Positions 10,346 to 22,037 are shown, counted from the stretch's first letter. The stretch: 27,175 nt of DNA from Tubiluchus corallicola (GCA_030141605.1 JAQGDQ010001741.1:1-27175), one strand, 5' to 3'. Notes: generated from the sequence alone by a model not told the origin. Made by a program: numbers and translations.

Positions 10346-10543
10346 GAACGAGTTAAATTTAAGCTCTCTAGTGGATCCCAAACACACCCTGGTACTGAAA
10401 CCTTCCCTTTCTGGATTGCTCTCGAAAAGGGATGTTTCTTTTTCGCTGAGTGAACTAGACCACCAGCCAGAGCATTCTGAGTTTCATAATTTACACCGCT
10501 TTCACAGCAGAGAAAAAAGACAAGTATATGACAACTGTCCCAG
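10346..10543 (+). other. Candidate internal coding exon of an antisense gene: NELNLSSLVDPKHTLVLKPSLSGLLSKRDVSFSLSELDHQPEHSEFHNLHRFHSREKRQVYDNCP
   Basis: Strong acceptor ttttccttatttcag and strong donor CAG|GTAAGA. 198 nt (3n), fully open in the phase-2 frame, with KR and REKR basic sites. Confidence 0.45.
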
Positions 10544-10550
10544 GTAAGAG

Positions 10551-10652
10551 AATGATTATGACGACGACGACGATGATGATGTTGATGACGGTGGTGATTA
10601 TGATGGTGGTGGTGACAGTGATGATCATGATTATGATGATGGTGATGATTAT
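10551..10652. repeat. (GAT/GGT/GAC)n microsatellite
   Basis: Directly visible. Confidence 0.9.
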
Positions 10653-11249
10653 ATGGTTTTCACTTAAACTGCATCTTCCTAAAATGTTTCAATGCATTAT
10701 TGTGAACCACCCTTTAAAAAAGTGCAGGTGTATTGGAAAAGTTGCAACATGGAGCGCATGCGCAAAATCGACACCTTTCCCAACAGAGGGCGCTGCAAGG
10801 CACTGTAGTGTCACAATGTTCGCACAGTGCAAACAAAAACTTATAGTGAACACAAGTTACACAATGGCTCCGACCGTCTGTACGAGCGCTGTGCGACGTT
10901 TCCCACCTGCTGCGCATGCGCAAAGGATTCAAAGAAGCCAAGTAAAGGTCAGCATAACGTGCAAGAGAGTTTCGCAAGTGGTGTACAGTAGCTAAACTAT
11001 GAATAAACGAACGTTTTGTGTAAATATTTACGTTAACTAAAACTAAACAAACTGATGACTTTCATTCGCTGAAAATCTTCAATTTTTTTTGGAAAGAAAT
11101 TTTGGAGGACGTAAATTTTTCATTAAATCATTTGATACAATTTTTCATCATCAAAAATAAAGTTCTAGGCCTACACGTGACACAACTACCATAGAACGTC
11201 AGGAACAGCACGTAGTATAAAATTCAAAAGGATGATAGACCTTTTACAG

Positions 11250-11468
11250 ACAGAGAACGACAGACACGTGTTCGAATCCGCACTGTGACATTTTTAATTT
11301 CTAATTCACCTCGCTTGCACTTAAAACACGAGTTTACTTATATAATTTTCGCTACAGTTAATATCATACAGAGAACGAAAGACACGTGTTCGAAGCCGCA
11401 CTGTGATATTTTTAATTTCTAATTTACCTCGCTTGCACTTAAATCACGAGTTTACTTATATAATTTTC
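11250..11468 (+). repeat. 118-bp tandem duplication containing a Pol III B-box-like motif (possible tRNA-derived SINE fragment)
   Basis: acagagaacga...cacgtgttcgaa.ccgcactgtga... at 11250 and 11368; GTTCGAATCC at 11270-11279. Confidence 0.6.
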
Positions 11469-11950
11469 TATGAACTATGAATTTACTTTCACACATCAAA
11501 ATACAATATCATACACATTAACTATGATTATAACTATGCATGCTTCTGTAGATAACTTAATGTAAATAAGGATGAAGTAAATGATGTAATAATAGCGATG
11601 GTATAAGAGCAATAAACCTGAAAATTGAGAAAGGAAAATATAATATGTAATTACAACTTTGAGTCAGCCTTAAAGAGTGAAATTTTTTTTTTAATAGTTA
11701 CGAATATGAATTATGTGATTGTCTGTCAATATACCACTTACTTGTATTACAATGCACCATATTGCTTACTTGTATATATATAGGTATATTTTCGCCACAG
11801 TTAATATCATAGTTACTTACCAGGTATAGAAAACATATACAAATGTCATACATTCACGTTCAAACTATTTTGTACACCAAGTTAGGTAAAGATATAATAC
11901 ATTTCACAGCATGTGGTCGCTAGGAAGGCACTACTATTTAACAGACTCAC

Positions 11951-12200
11951 TGATCAGTACAAGGAAATGATTTCTTTCAACTAACTCATCAATCATCACG
12001 TATTTCTATTCACAAAGCGTTAATAATAAAACCACAAATAACACAGAGACGCGAGTTCAAATCATCACAGACCACACGGTAAACACGACACGACGCGACA
12101 AACCCGCTCATTCATAACATCAGCTGATCTCTCAGCCTAGCAGATCAACCAATCAGCGCAGAGCAGCCGTACGGCTCGTCCAATCACAGCAGAAGGCTCT
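11951..12200 (-). promoter_or_regulatory. HMGCR: Candidate proximal HMGCR promoter and non-coding first exon
   Basis: Minus-strand donor CA|GTGAGT at 11950 (a second donor G|GTAAGT at 11820). Palindrome ATCAGCTGAT 12119-12128, two CCAAT boxes 31 bp apart (12149, 12180), local CpG enrichment. The first coding exon has a splice acceptor, so an upstream exon is expected. Confidence 0.55.
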
Positions 12201-12770
12201 ACTGTACAATGTGTTACGATCGTAACAAAGGTTGTGCTGTGATTGTCTAGCGATAAATAGTCGCTAGTGTCTGCTGTAGAATTTTAATCAAACTTATAAC
12301 AGCCCCTGGATTCTAATCTGGAATTTTCCTGGGGTATTACAAAACACGAGATATTAAATGTAAAATTATTATGAATGCGAAAACTATATTGTTAAGTTAA
12401 TTATTTTATAGTAAACTTTAAAAACTTTATCATAAACTTTAGCATGTTAATTAGCATAATTAATTACTATGAAAGTATTTACGTATAATTACCTACATTT
12501 GAAAACTCTTCATTAAAAGTTGATGTAAACAAATTTCGAAGTAAATAAACATTACAACGTGTTATCTCGCCATTTGATTTATAACAAAAATTCTCCTTCA
12601 ATACAGTCTCCCCCTGCAGGGTTTTTTTAATTTGGAGATTCCACTGTTCGATATTCGACAATCATGATAAGACAATGCCACTACTATATATATGCTGTGT
12701 TGACATAATAGTCAAATATGGGGTATTTGGTCAACTCCCACATGACCTTGGACAAGGGCAGACTGGTCCA

Positions 12771-12858
12771 CATCATCATCATCGTCATCATTATCAACAT
12801 CATCACCACCATCATCGTAAACACCAACAATAACAACATCATCATCATCAGCATCATT
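12771..12858. repeat. (CAT/CAA)n microsatellite
   Basis: Directly visible. Confidence 0.9.
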
Positions 12859-13521
12859 ATATGCCCATCACATCTGTTATAGGCATTGAACAGGCAGCCG
12901 GGGGGGGGGGGGTCTTTGGGACAGCATACACCAGTTAGGATTCTATACTGCATAAAAATTGATACAATTCCAAATTTGTAAGTAAACATTTACAACATAA
13001 CAAGGAATCTGTGCTCAATACTATATTTAGACTGAATGATTTTTCATCTACTACCCCCCCCCCCATTTTCAAGTCTGATGAAAAGTATAGATTTTAACAC
13101 AATTAATACTACAAAAGTTTCTGGTAATTAAATAATAGATTAAAATCGTAATTAATGGCGAGCGAACCCAACTATTCATGACATCACAAACTAACATAAG
13201 TCATTTTTGAAAGAACTGTATGTTTCCTTTCAACATTTTAAAGAGTAGATTAGTTTGATCTACAGTTTAACATTGGGTACCTATCTGAAATTAGAGGCAC
13301 AGCGCCAGTTTTTCATGCAATGCGTTTCCGAAATTCAGGCGCTAGTGCCCGTCTAACTAGCAAACGGCGAAATGCATGTAACAGTAAAAAGTAGAGGCCC
13401 AAATATGAAATTGTGTTTGTGTGGTAATAATACTTTCATGTAAGTCATTCTTGAAAAAGAATAGTATGTTTACTTTGAGTATTTTAAAAAGTAGATTGCT
13501 TTTGACCTATAGTCCTACAAT

Positions 13522-13788
13522 CAGGGCCTATTTCAGCCTAAGCGAGGCCCGGGGAAGTGGGGCGTGTGAGGCCCCCTCGGGGGGGGGGGCAAAGCACCAG
13601 AAAATTTTTGAACTGCTAGAACGCCGGAGAAGCATTTTCGAAGAGAAAATATGAAGTTATACAGTTGTTAAAGAAAAGAACAATTGAATGTTCGCATAAA
13701 GCAAAAAAATGTTACCTCGGCACGAGGCCCTTCTGGAGGGTGAGGCCCCGGGGAAGTATCCCCACTTACCCCCCTGAAATAGGCCCTG
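13522..13788. mobile_element. hAT-type MITE, 267 bp
   Basis: Perfect 15-bp TIRs CAGGGCCTATTTCAG / CTGAAATAGGCCCTG, subterminal GAGGCCC repeats, 8-bp TSD cctacaat / cctacagt (7/8). Confidence 0.9.
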
Positions 13789-13795
13789 CCTACAG

Positions 13796-14163
13796 TGTTG
13801 TGGAGATTGCTGGCATCTATTAGAATTAAATAGAACATTGTAGAATGTTCCGTTAGAATCATCATCATGTAGAATGTTCTGGAAAGAAACTTCTAGAAGC
13901 TTCTCGGGCACGCTATATAAAGCGAAGCAGGCCGCTGAGACAGAGGCACACAGATTCACACCGACTCACACACTTACACATTCTCTTGTATACTTGTATT
14001 CTCAGATACCCTCAAATGTTTTCCAGATTTTCACGTTTAGTGTAAACATTTCGCGTTCCTTCATACTTTTGTGTTGTAGAATTCTCGCTTAATAAACTAG
14101 TTTAATTTGATGAAGTGTTTTCTGGTTTTTCTACGAGCCTTCCAAAAGAAACAAAACACAACA
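13796..14163 (+). mobile_element. Solo LTR, 368 bp (ends typical of BEL/Pao or Gypsy LTRs)
   Basis: TGTTGTG...CACAACA termini, 5-bp TSD TACAG/TACAG, internal TATATAA (about 13915) and AATAAA (14091). A second copy starts at 20572. Confidence 0.88.
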
Positions 14164-15892
14164 TACAGTTTAACAATGGGGCGGCATTGTTTCAAATATG
14201 CCACCTAAACCACAAGAAAACATTGTTACACAAACCATAAAAAATTCGTCTTGAAATTTTATGCAGCTTACACGCTGTCCTATTGCACATAGAGCTTGCG
14301 TTGGCAGCAACGTTGTATAAAACGTGAAAATTTAAATTCCCACGATGGCAATTAGGCACTGTCATTTTAACAGCAAGTCATTTGACACAAGTCTAGGTCA
14401 AAGGTCAAAGGTCTAGGCCAAAAAATAAGCAGAGCATCCTTAGTGCGCTCGTCGCCATTTATTTATTAAATATATGCACAACGATCATTACAGCAAAGCA
14501 CTTCAAAAGAATTTAATAACATATTTATTATTATGTGCACAAGATGCCAAGCCGCAAATGACCCGTGGGGTACTCAAGAAGTAATTACTTGTTCAGAGCA
14601 CCCCAAATGAATGTGGACTGAGTGTAGTAGAAAAGAGCACTAAAGGAGTAGAAAGAAAGGTTAACAGAGAATAGAAAGAAGGAGAAAGATGTGATGGTAT
14701 CTGTATGAAGTAACACGAACTATAGAAATGTAAAAAATGACATAGCCAGCAACGCAATGGATCCCGACAGGGACAGCAGAGTAATTAATCAAATTGATTT
14801 ATTCTGTATAATTAGAAAAGATTTCACTTTTGAAATTTCTTTTGAAGTTATTTATAGATAAAGAACGAATCTAAGCAGAAATATGAACTGCTGTATCTTG
14901 TCAATAAGATTAACAACGTGTTTTTTGGTGAATCAGACAGGCCACGAAAAATCGCTTCTGTCTTACCTCATGAGAGTCCGTGGGGGGGGGGGGGGAGGAA
15001 TGATTAAAGCTGAATCGTGGACTATTTAAAATCAGTTGAAATCAAAGTTTGTTTATTTTCTGCTGGTTGACAGGAAATGTTTTAAATTTTTTCAACACAT
15101 TTTTCATGCTTTGTTTTTTAGTTTCACGTTAATAAATTATCGTATAATTATCGATTATTGCATAATCTCTTTTTTGCATCACGAACATGTATGTTCTGAT
15201 AATTATCGTACAAGCGGCAACACAACTCAGCCACTAATACACCGATTTGGTGGAAAATTCTATAGCTTTTTAGCCTCCAATACGTACAAAACGGTAACCC
15301 AGGCTGAGAATTAGTCATGGAGAAACATGGCCGCATCCAGCATTCCCCGAAAGAATGGTGTCATAATAATTATTGTGTTGTACGTTTTAAACTGAAAAAA
15401 TGCTGACTGAGTCGACTACGTATATGAACGTACAAAAAAAATTATAAAATTCCCGGCCGGGTGTGCGAAAAAAATGAGACGGGCGATTAGATGGAAACAG
15501 AATTGTCGGTCTCAGAATTGTTCTTATTAACTAGGCTACAAGATTACGGGCAAATTTTCTTAGAAATTTGCGACTAACTGGGGGTTCGATACTCATCCTG
15601 AAAGATTTTTTTCATCACACTATTCCTGGCTGTTTATTTCTGCGATAAACGAACAGCGAAGTAGCAAGCGAACACTGTATTCAATTACATAAATATCTTT
15701 AACATTATTTAAGTAGTCTAAATTAGCTATGTCTCTATGGTCTTTAGTTTAAAAATTTATCATTTCATTCTCCATTTTGATTCCTTTAATATCGGTAATC
15801 TACCCTCCACAAAAATTTGGCAAGACTGTGTTATGCTTATTATTATAATTCTATTACCTCGACTCATTTCTAGTGTATGTATATGTAAGTAT

Positions 15893-16367
15893 GCATGTAT
15901 ATGTAAGTATACGTGTAGGTTATGTATGTATATGTAAGTATACGTGTAGGTTATGTATGTATATGTAAGTATGCGTGTAGGTTATGTATGTATATGTAAG
16001 TATGCGTGTAGGTTATGTATGTATATGTAAGTATACGTGTAGGTTATGTATGTATATGTAAGTATACGTGTAGGTTATGTATGTATATGTAAGTATGCGT
16101 GTAGGTTATGTATGTATATGTAAGTATGCGTGTAGGTTCTGTATGTATATGTAAGTATGCGTGTAGGTTCTGTATGTATATGTAAGTATGCGTGTAGGTT
16201 ATGTATGTATATGTAAGTATGCGTGTAGGCTATGTATGTATATGTAAGTATGCGTGTAGGTTCTGTATGTATATGTAAGTATGCGTGTAGGCTATGTATG
16301 TATATGTAAGTATGCGTGTAGGTTATGTATGTATATGTAAGTATGCGTGTAGGTTATGTATGTATAT
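15893..16367. repeat. 31-bp minisatellite, about 15 copies
   Basis: Unit TATGTATGTATATGTAAGTATGCGTGTAGGT. Confidence 0.96.
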
Positions 16368-16582
16368 AGACATTTTTGCATTTTTACTAAATTAAATTTA
16401 TTAAATTAACGTAATTATGACTTTGATTAATCACCACTAGCATAATGTTAATGTTACTAACATCTAATTAGAGGTGCCTGACTGGATGACCGTATGCTCT
16501 TTTGTCACCTCTGATCATATTTATCTGTATCATATGCACTAACATCTTAACTACTGTATTAAGTTTATGAAGCTAAATAAAT

Positions 16583-16716
16583 TTACTATTACTATTATTA
16601 TTACTATTACAACTATTACTATTACTATGTCTACTACTATTAGCATTACTATTACTATTGCCGTTGCTATTACTATTACCATTACTATTACTACTGCTAT
16701 TATTATTACTATTACT
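16583..16716. repeat. (ATT/ACT)n microsatellite
   Basis: Directly visible. Confidence 0.9.
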
Positions 16717-16827
16717 TATGATTATTCGTCTCATTATGCTTATTATTATAATTTGTAAAACTGGCGTAGAAATAAAACGGGTTAACGGCACACCAGTCCT
16801 GTCTATTGACTAACATAAAGTAAGTTA

Positions 16828-17290
16828 CCGTATATACTCGCATATAAGCCTACATCGCATATAAGCCGACCCCCTAAAACTGCTTTAAAATGGCCAGTTT
16901 TTGCAAAAACCCGTATATAAGCCGACCATCAACTTGTCTAATTTTACTCCATATCCAATCAACAAAATTGATCCCTTTTTGTCACATATATTTATACATT
17001 TCTAATATTTTTTATCTAATGAATACAAAAGCAGACATTTATTGAAATGTGAATTTTTTCTAAAAAAAAAAAAGTGGGTGGACGGCGATCCCCCGCGATC
17101 CCCCTCCAATACACCACTGGTGACACACAACCAAATAAAGAGTCAGATAGCGATGAAAATGTGTGGCTGGAAAATTGGCATTAGTGTCTGTCCTTGTGTT
17201 CATTTTGTTTCATGCGCATATAAGCCGACCCCCTGATTTCAGTATTGTATTTTATAGTTCTAAATTCGGCTTATATGCGAGTATATACGG
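16828..17290. mobile_element. Tc1/mariner-superfamily (pogo/Tc2-like) MITE, 463 bp
   Basis: Perfect 23-bp TIRs CCGTATATACTCGCATATAAGCC flanked by TA on both sides; internal TATAAGCCGACC repeats. Confidence 0.93.
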
Positions 17291-17492
17291 TAGTAACTTA
17301 TATAATGTAACTCAGTAAATAGTAATGTGATATATGAGAACAGTTAATATATAATCAAGGTTTCCACACAATACAACATAGTGCAACTATTTTACGGAAC
17401 TCACTAAGCCCAGGTATAAAATTCTCTACATCCATTAAAACACTAACATTAAAATACAAAAACGAATTAATTCGGTTACTTACTAGCACTAC

Positions 17493-18151
17493 GACACTTT
17501 TACAGGTGGCATTTTTATTTGTAGCACTTTTACCGTGCCATTTTGTCCTGCACCATGTTTACTTGTAGCACATTTGCCATGCCATTTTTACTTGTAGCAC
17601 TTTTACTGTGCCATTTTTACTTGAGCACATTTGCTGTGCCATTTTTACTTGTAGCACTTTTACCATGCCATTCTTTCCTGCACCATTTTTACTTGTAGCA
17701 CTTTTGCCGTGCCATTTTTACTTGTAGCACATTTGCTGTGCCATTTTTACTTGTAGCACTTTTACCTGCCATTCTTTCCTGCACCATTTTTACTTGTAGG
17801 CTTTTACCGTGCCATTCTTTCCTGCACCATTTTTACTTGTAGCACTTTTGCCATGCCATTTTTACTTGTAGCACATTTGCTGTGCCATTTTTACTTGTAG
17901 CACATTTGCTGTGCCATTTTTACTTGTAGCACTTTTACCATGCCATTCTTTCCTGCACCATTTTTACTTGTAGGCTTTTACCGTGCCATTCTTTCCTGCA
18001 CCATTTTTACTTGTAGCACTTTTGCCATGCCATTTTTACTTGTAGCACATTTGCTGTGCCATTTTTACTTGTAGCACATTTGCTGTGCCATTTTTACTTG
18101 TAGCACTTTTACCGTGCCATTTTTTTCTGCGCCATTTGTACTTGTGCCATT
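17493..18151. repeat. Compound minisatellite of related 28-bp and 19-bp units
   Basis: GCCATTTTTACTTGTAGCACTTTTACCGT-type units alternate with GCCATTCTTTCCTGCACCA-type units. Confidence 0.93.
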
Positions 18152-18902
18152 CATAAACACGGTCAGTTACTTATAATCTTAAATGAAATGTTTCATTAAA
18201 ATTATGGAACCACAAATAAAATGTAACAACAAAAAGGGCTAACATTCGGTACATAATAACAATACATCTATATGAATGCAATAGTCTTACGAGGCATATC
18301 AGCAATGGTGCGCGAGAGGAAATGGTAATCAGGTTATATTACACTTTTTATGCTTTTTTTTCTTTCCATACTATCAGTTTTTAACTTTACTCACTAGCCT
18401 TGGTCAAATTCCCCTGTTAATAAGACCCCATTTGAAACTACTACATATAATAATCCTAATTACTGAATAATTGTATTGTTTTGTTTAGATTTAGGTATAT
18501 AACTTTATTATTTTTTGCTTTCAGTTCTTTTAGGATAATTTGTATCATTTATGCTGTTTTATTACTATTTTTTCTTATTTGTTTTTCTTTTTGTTATCTG
18601 CAGCATCACCTTTAATTTTTAATACACTTATCTATTTACAAGAAAGGGCAGGAGACTAGATGACCCTGTGGTCCTTCCCAGCCCTGCTCCATGTTATAAT
18701 TACTTAATATTTAAATAACTTTTTATGTTAAAGTAATTGGAGAAAATAAATGTTCTACGTCTATGTCAAGTTAGCTAACAAAAGGACACCGACAATCAGA
18801 CTGTAACTATTAAAAAGCTTTGCCACGAAGAAAGTTAGTATACTGTAGGTTCAATTCATTATTAAATTTCACCAATACTATGAATATAAAACCGGTACTT
18901 AC

Positions 18903-19230
18903 GTCATCAATTCAGCGAAATATTTGGTAGAGGACATTCTAATACAACATCAATTTTTTTAAGAAAAATTGAAATAGTCGTAGATATAATCACACTCTAA
19001 ATTATTATCAGTACTCTAAACAAAAAACAGTAACCTTAGCCTACAACTAATATAAATTAACTGCCATTTCAACTTCAATTTAACTGAGCTGCCTTAATTC
19101 CTTGTCATTTGCGTCATCTATTAAAAGCACGATATGGGGTATCTTTAACATTTGGGCGGAGTCTCCTGCATTTTTATATCTATGGTTAGAAACTAATAAG
19201 CGGCGCTGAAATGACCAATCAGGCAGTCGG
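18903..19230 (-). promoter_or_regulatory. Candidate second (distal) promoter and non-coding exon
   Basis: Minus-strand donor GAC|GTAAGT at 18902, CRE-like TGCGTCA 19110-19116, SRE-like ATGGGGTAT 19134-19142, GC box GGGCGGAG 19154-19161, GACCAATCAG with CCAAT at 19215. Confidence 0.45.
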
Positions 19231-19752
19231 GAGTCCTAACTTAATTGAGCTGTTGTTACTATTCTTGCTTTTGTGGAGAAAGAGAGGCTACACAGGTCAG
19301 GCTTTCTGGCTATTTAGCTTTGTATTATCATAGCTGTTGGTGCCACTTCTACCAATGACATTGTTGCTGATGTATTGTTTATTATTATAATTATTGTTGT
19401 TATTGTTTACTCTATTATATAGCGTTTATCACCTATACCAAAATGTGCCATTTACGCCTCAGTGCCTGCATCACTTGCTTCAATTTGTCAAATTGCCTAA
19501 TTTTGTATCCAGCTAACTTAACTATTTGACCCTGTGACATTGCACTCTCTTAGCAAACTGTTGCATTGATATAAAAATATATAAAGTAACGCAAAATAAA
19601 TAAAAATTAAATTAAATTAATAAAATTAAATTAAAGTAAAGCAGAAGTAAAAGAGTTCCAATAATTCTATCACTCTGCTTAGTCTTAGGAAAGCAGTATA
19701 GAAATCTATTATTGCTGTGGAATAGGCGTTTTGTGTTTTACTGCATTTCAAC

Positions 19753-20128
19753 AAGGGGTCAGCATCGAATGTTCGAATTCGACTCGAATGAGTTTTTTGT
19801 TTCGGACTAGATTCCAACCTAAAACTACAGATTCGAATAATTCAGCACTTCAATCACATATGTTATTTATCATTAAAACGATTGAAACAACTTGCAATTA
19901 GCGTGATTTAGCAGTGATTTCTGTGCACAACTTTAAACAAATTACTAGTCGTTTTATTGCAGAACAAAATCTAGTGATACGCATGATCTTTGTAAGACTA
20001 ATTTTTACCCGTGGTTCGAAAACTTGTTCGAAAATCTTTCAATCTCAATTCGAATTCGGTTTAAATTCGAAACTATCAAGTTCAGTTCGATTCGAAATCG
20101 CTTTCTGGTAGCGAGTGCTCACCCCTTA
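19753..20128. mobile_element. hAT-type MITE with TTCGAA-rich subterminal repeats
   Basis: TIRs AAGGGGTCAGCA / TGCTCACCCCTT(A), flanks atttcaac / gtttcaac (7/8), many TTCGAA/TCGAAT motifs. Confidence 0.8.
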
Positions 20129-20571
20129 GTTTCAACACAAACAATAATGTCATAATATTTTATCGGTACCACAAAATAATTACTAAATGTTGAAAAAATT
20201 CAGATAAACACATATCAAAATCAAATTTTAAACAACGATAAAATTAATAATATGAACTTCATGCTGTTGATCATACCAATAATGCAGACAAGTGGATGTT
20301 GACCTTGCCAGTAACTGGACGCCCGGTTTGTAGTGCTGCCATAATCACAAAATCCAGATGGAACCACCTTCAAAATTTAGGGATGCCCCCACTTACATCC
20401 GCACTGAAACACAGCACGCATTGAAAAGGAAATTTGAACCAACAATGATGGTAGACGGTGTGCTACGTCACAAAGCTCATGATTATGACGCAACGACAAA
20501 CCCAAACAATGACGCAGTTACACTGTGAGTTACGTAAAAATGAGATACAGACTATAAATGTAATCAGCGTC

Positions 20572-20942
20572 TGTTGTAGAGATCGCTGGCATCTATTAGA
20601 ATTAAATGGAACATTATAGAATGTTCCATTAGAATAATCGTCTTACCTTGTAGAATGTTCTAGAAAGAAACGTCTAGAATGTTCCCTGGCACGCTATATA
20701 AGGAGAAGCAGGCTGCTGAGACAGAGACACACGGATTCACACGGACGCCACTTACACATTCTCTCGTATACTTGCATTTTCAGATACACTCAAACTTTTT
20801 CCAGATTTTCACGTTTAGTATAAACAATTTGCGTTCCTTCATAGTTTTGTGTTGTAGAATTCTCGCTTAATAAACTAGTTTAATTTGATGAAGTATTTTC
20901 TGGTTTTCTCTACGAGCCTTCCGAGAGAAACAAAACACAACA
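20572..20942 (+). mobile_element. Solo LTR, second copy of the 13796-14163 family
   Basis: TGTTGTA...CACAACA, colinear and highly similar to the first copy. TSD not clean (gcgtc / ggatc). Confidence 0.82.
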
Positions 20943-21551
20943 GGATCGCTACACGCCAATAGCCATATCTTTTGTGTAACAAAAAGGGATAATAAGATAT
21001 TGAATGTTTAAAATTTATTAATTTTTAGGCACTTGTTGTCGCTTTCTTATTCTTCATTGTCGCTGTTGGTGCTGCTGTTGCTGCTGTTTTACGATATAAC
21101 TTTAATTGTAGTTCTGTGCATCAGAACCCCCGCCCCTGACTCCATAAAACGATTAAAAATGTAAAATTTTTAAAAAATTATGTAATACATGTTATGTTAG
21201 TTTTGTAATGTCAAATGTATAAATAGTGTCAACGTAATGAGTGAAATTTATGTAATGTAAAGCATGTTTCTGTTAATTGTGTCATGTCAAATGTATATAT
21301 ACAGTAGTGTAAAATATGTCATGTAAATTTTAATGTACTTTTGTAATTTTATTTTGTAAAAATATTTTAATATGGTGTTTATAAATATGTTCATTTATTG
21401 TATATAATTAGGCCTTAGTTTTGCACTTTAGTTTTTTTTAGTATGCCCTGGATGCATTTGTCTTGAACAGTGTGGTTATTTTAACATTACGCTGAGGCTT
21501 ACTCAATTTTATTATAATGAGTCAACCATTTTAATGACAAATAAAGAATTA

Positions 21552-21557
<6 letters not shown>

Positions 21558-21601
<44 letters not shown>
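21558..21601. repeat. (TA)n microsatellite
   Basis: Directly visible. Confidence 0.97.
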
Positions 21602-21603
<2 letters not shown>

Positions 21604-22037
21604 GTTTGAGGATTTAGTTTCTTGCTGTCACCATGGCACACAGTCGTAGGCACAATCTTCGAATTAATCATAACCATATAATTTTCCTGCTTACATTATT
21701 GTAGTCTCACTGTGTTGTTTCTGGTGATCTTACTTAAATGCTCCTGCCGCTTTGGCGTTTGAAAATGATGTTGCTTTTCTTTAAAAACTAACAAACACCC
21801 AAAGATTGTGCCCGATGCTGCCTGCTGCATTCACGATAAACAATGTTTTGCTATATGTTAGGTTAGATATTAACTGTAGCAGACATAGCTTTTATTGTTA
21901 ATCTTACTTACAAACTCGTGCACGAGGCGCCATCTGTGGCGGGAATGTAAAGCTTTTGGTTTTGGACAGTTTTTCAGTTTGTTACCCGCTAGTCACCTGT
22001 CTGTTTTACTCACCTGTGCTCTGAACAGTCAGCTTAA

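Noticed and set aside
13796-20942. Two LTRs as the ends of one full-length 7-kb retrotransposon
   Set aside because: The first LTR has its own TSD on both sides, no primer-binding site follows it, and no gag/pol lies between them.
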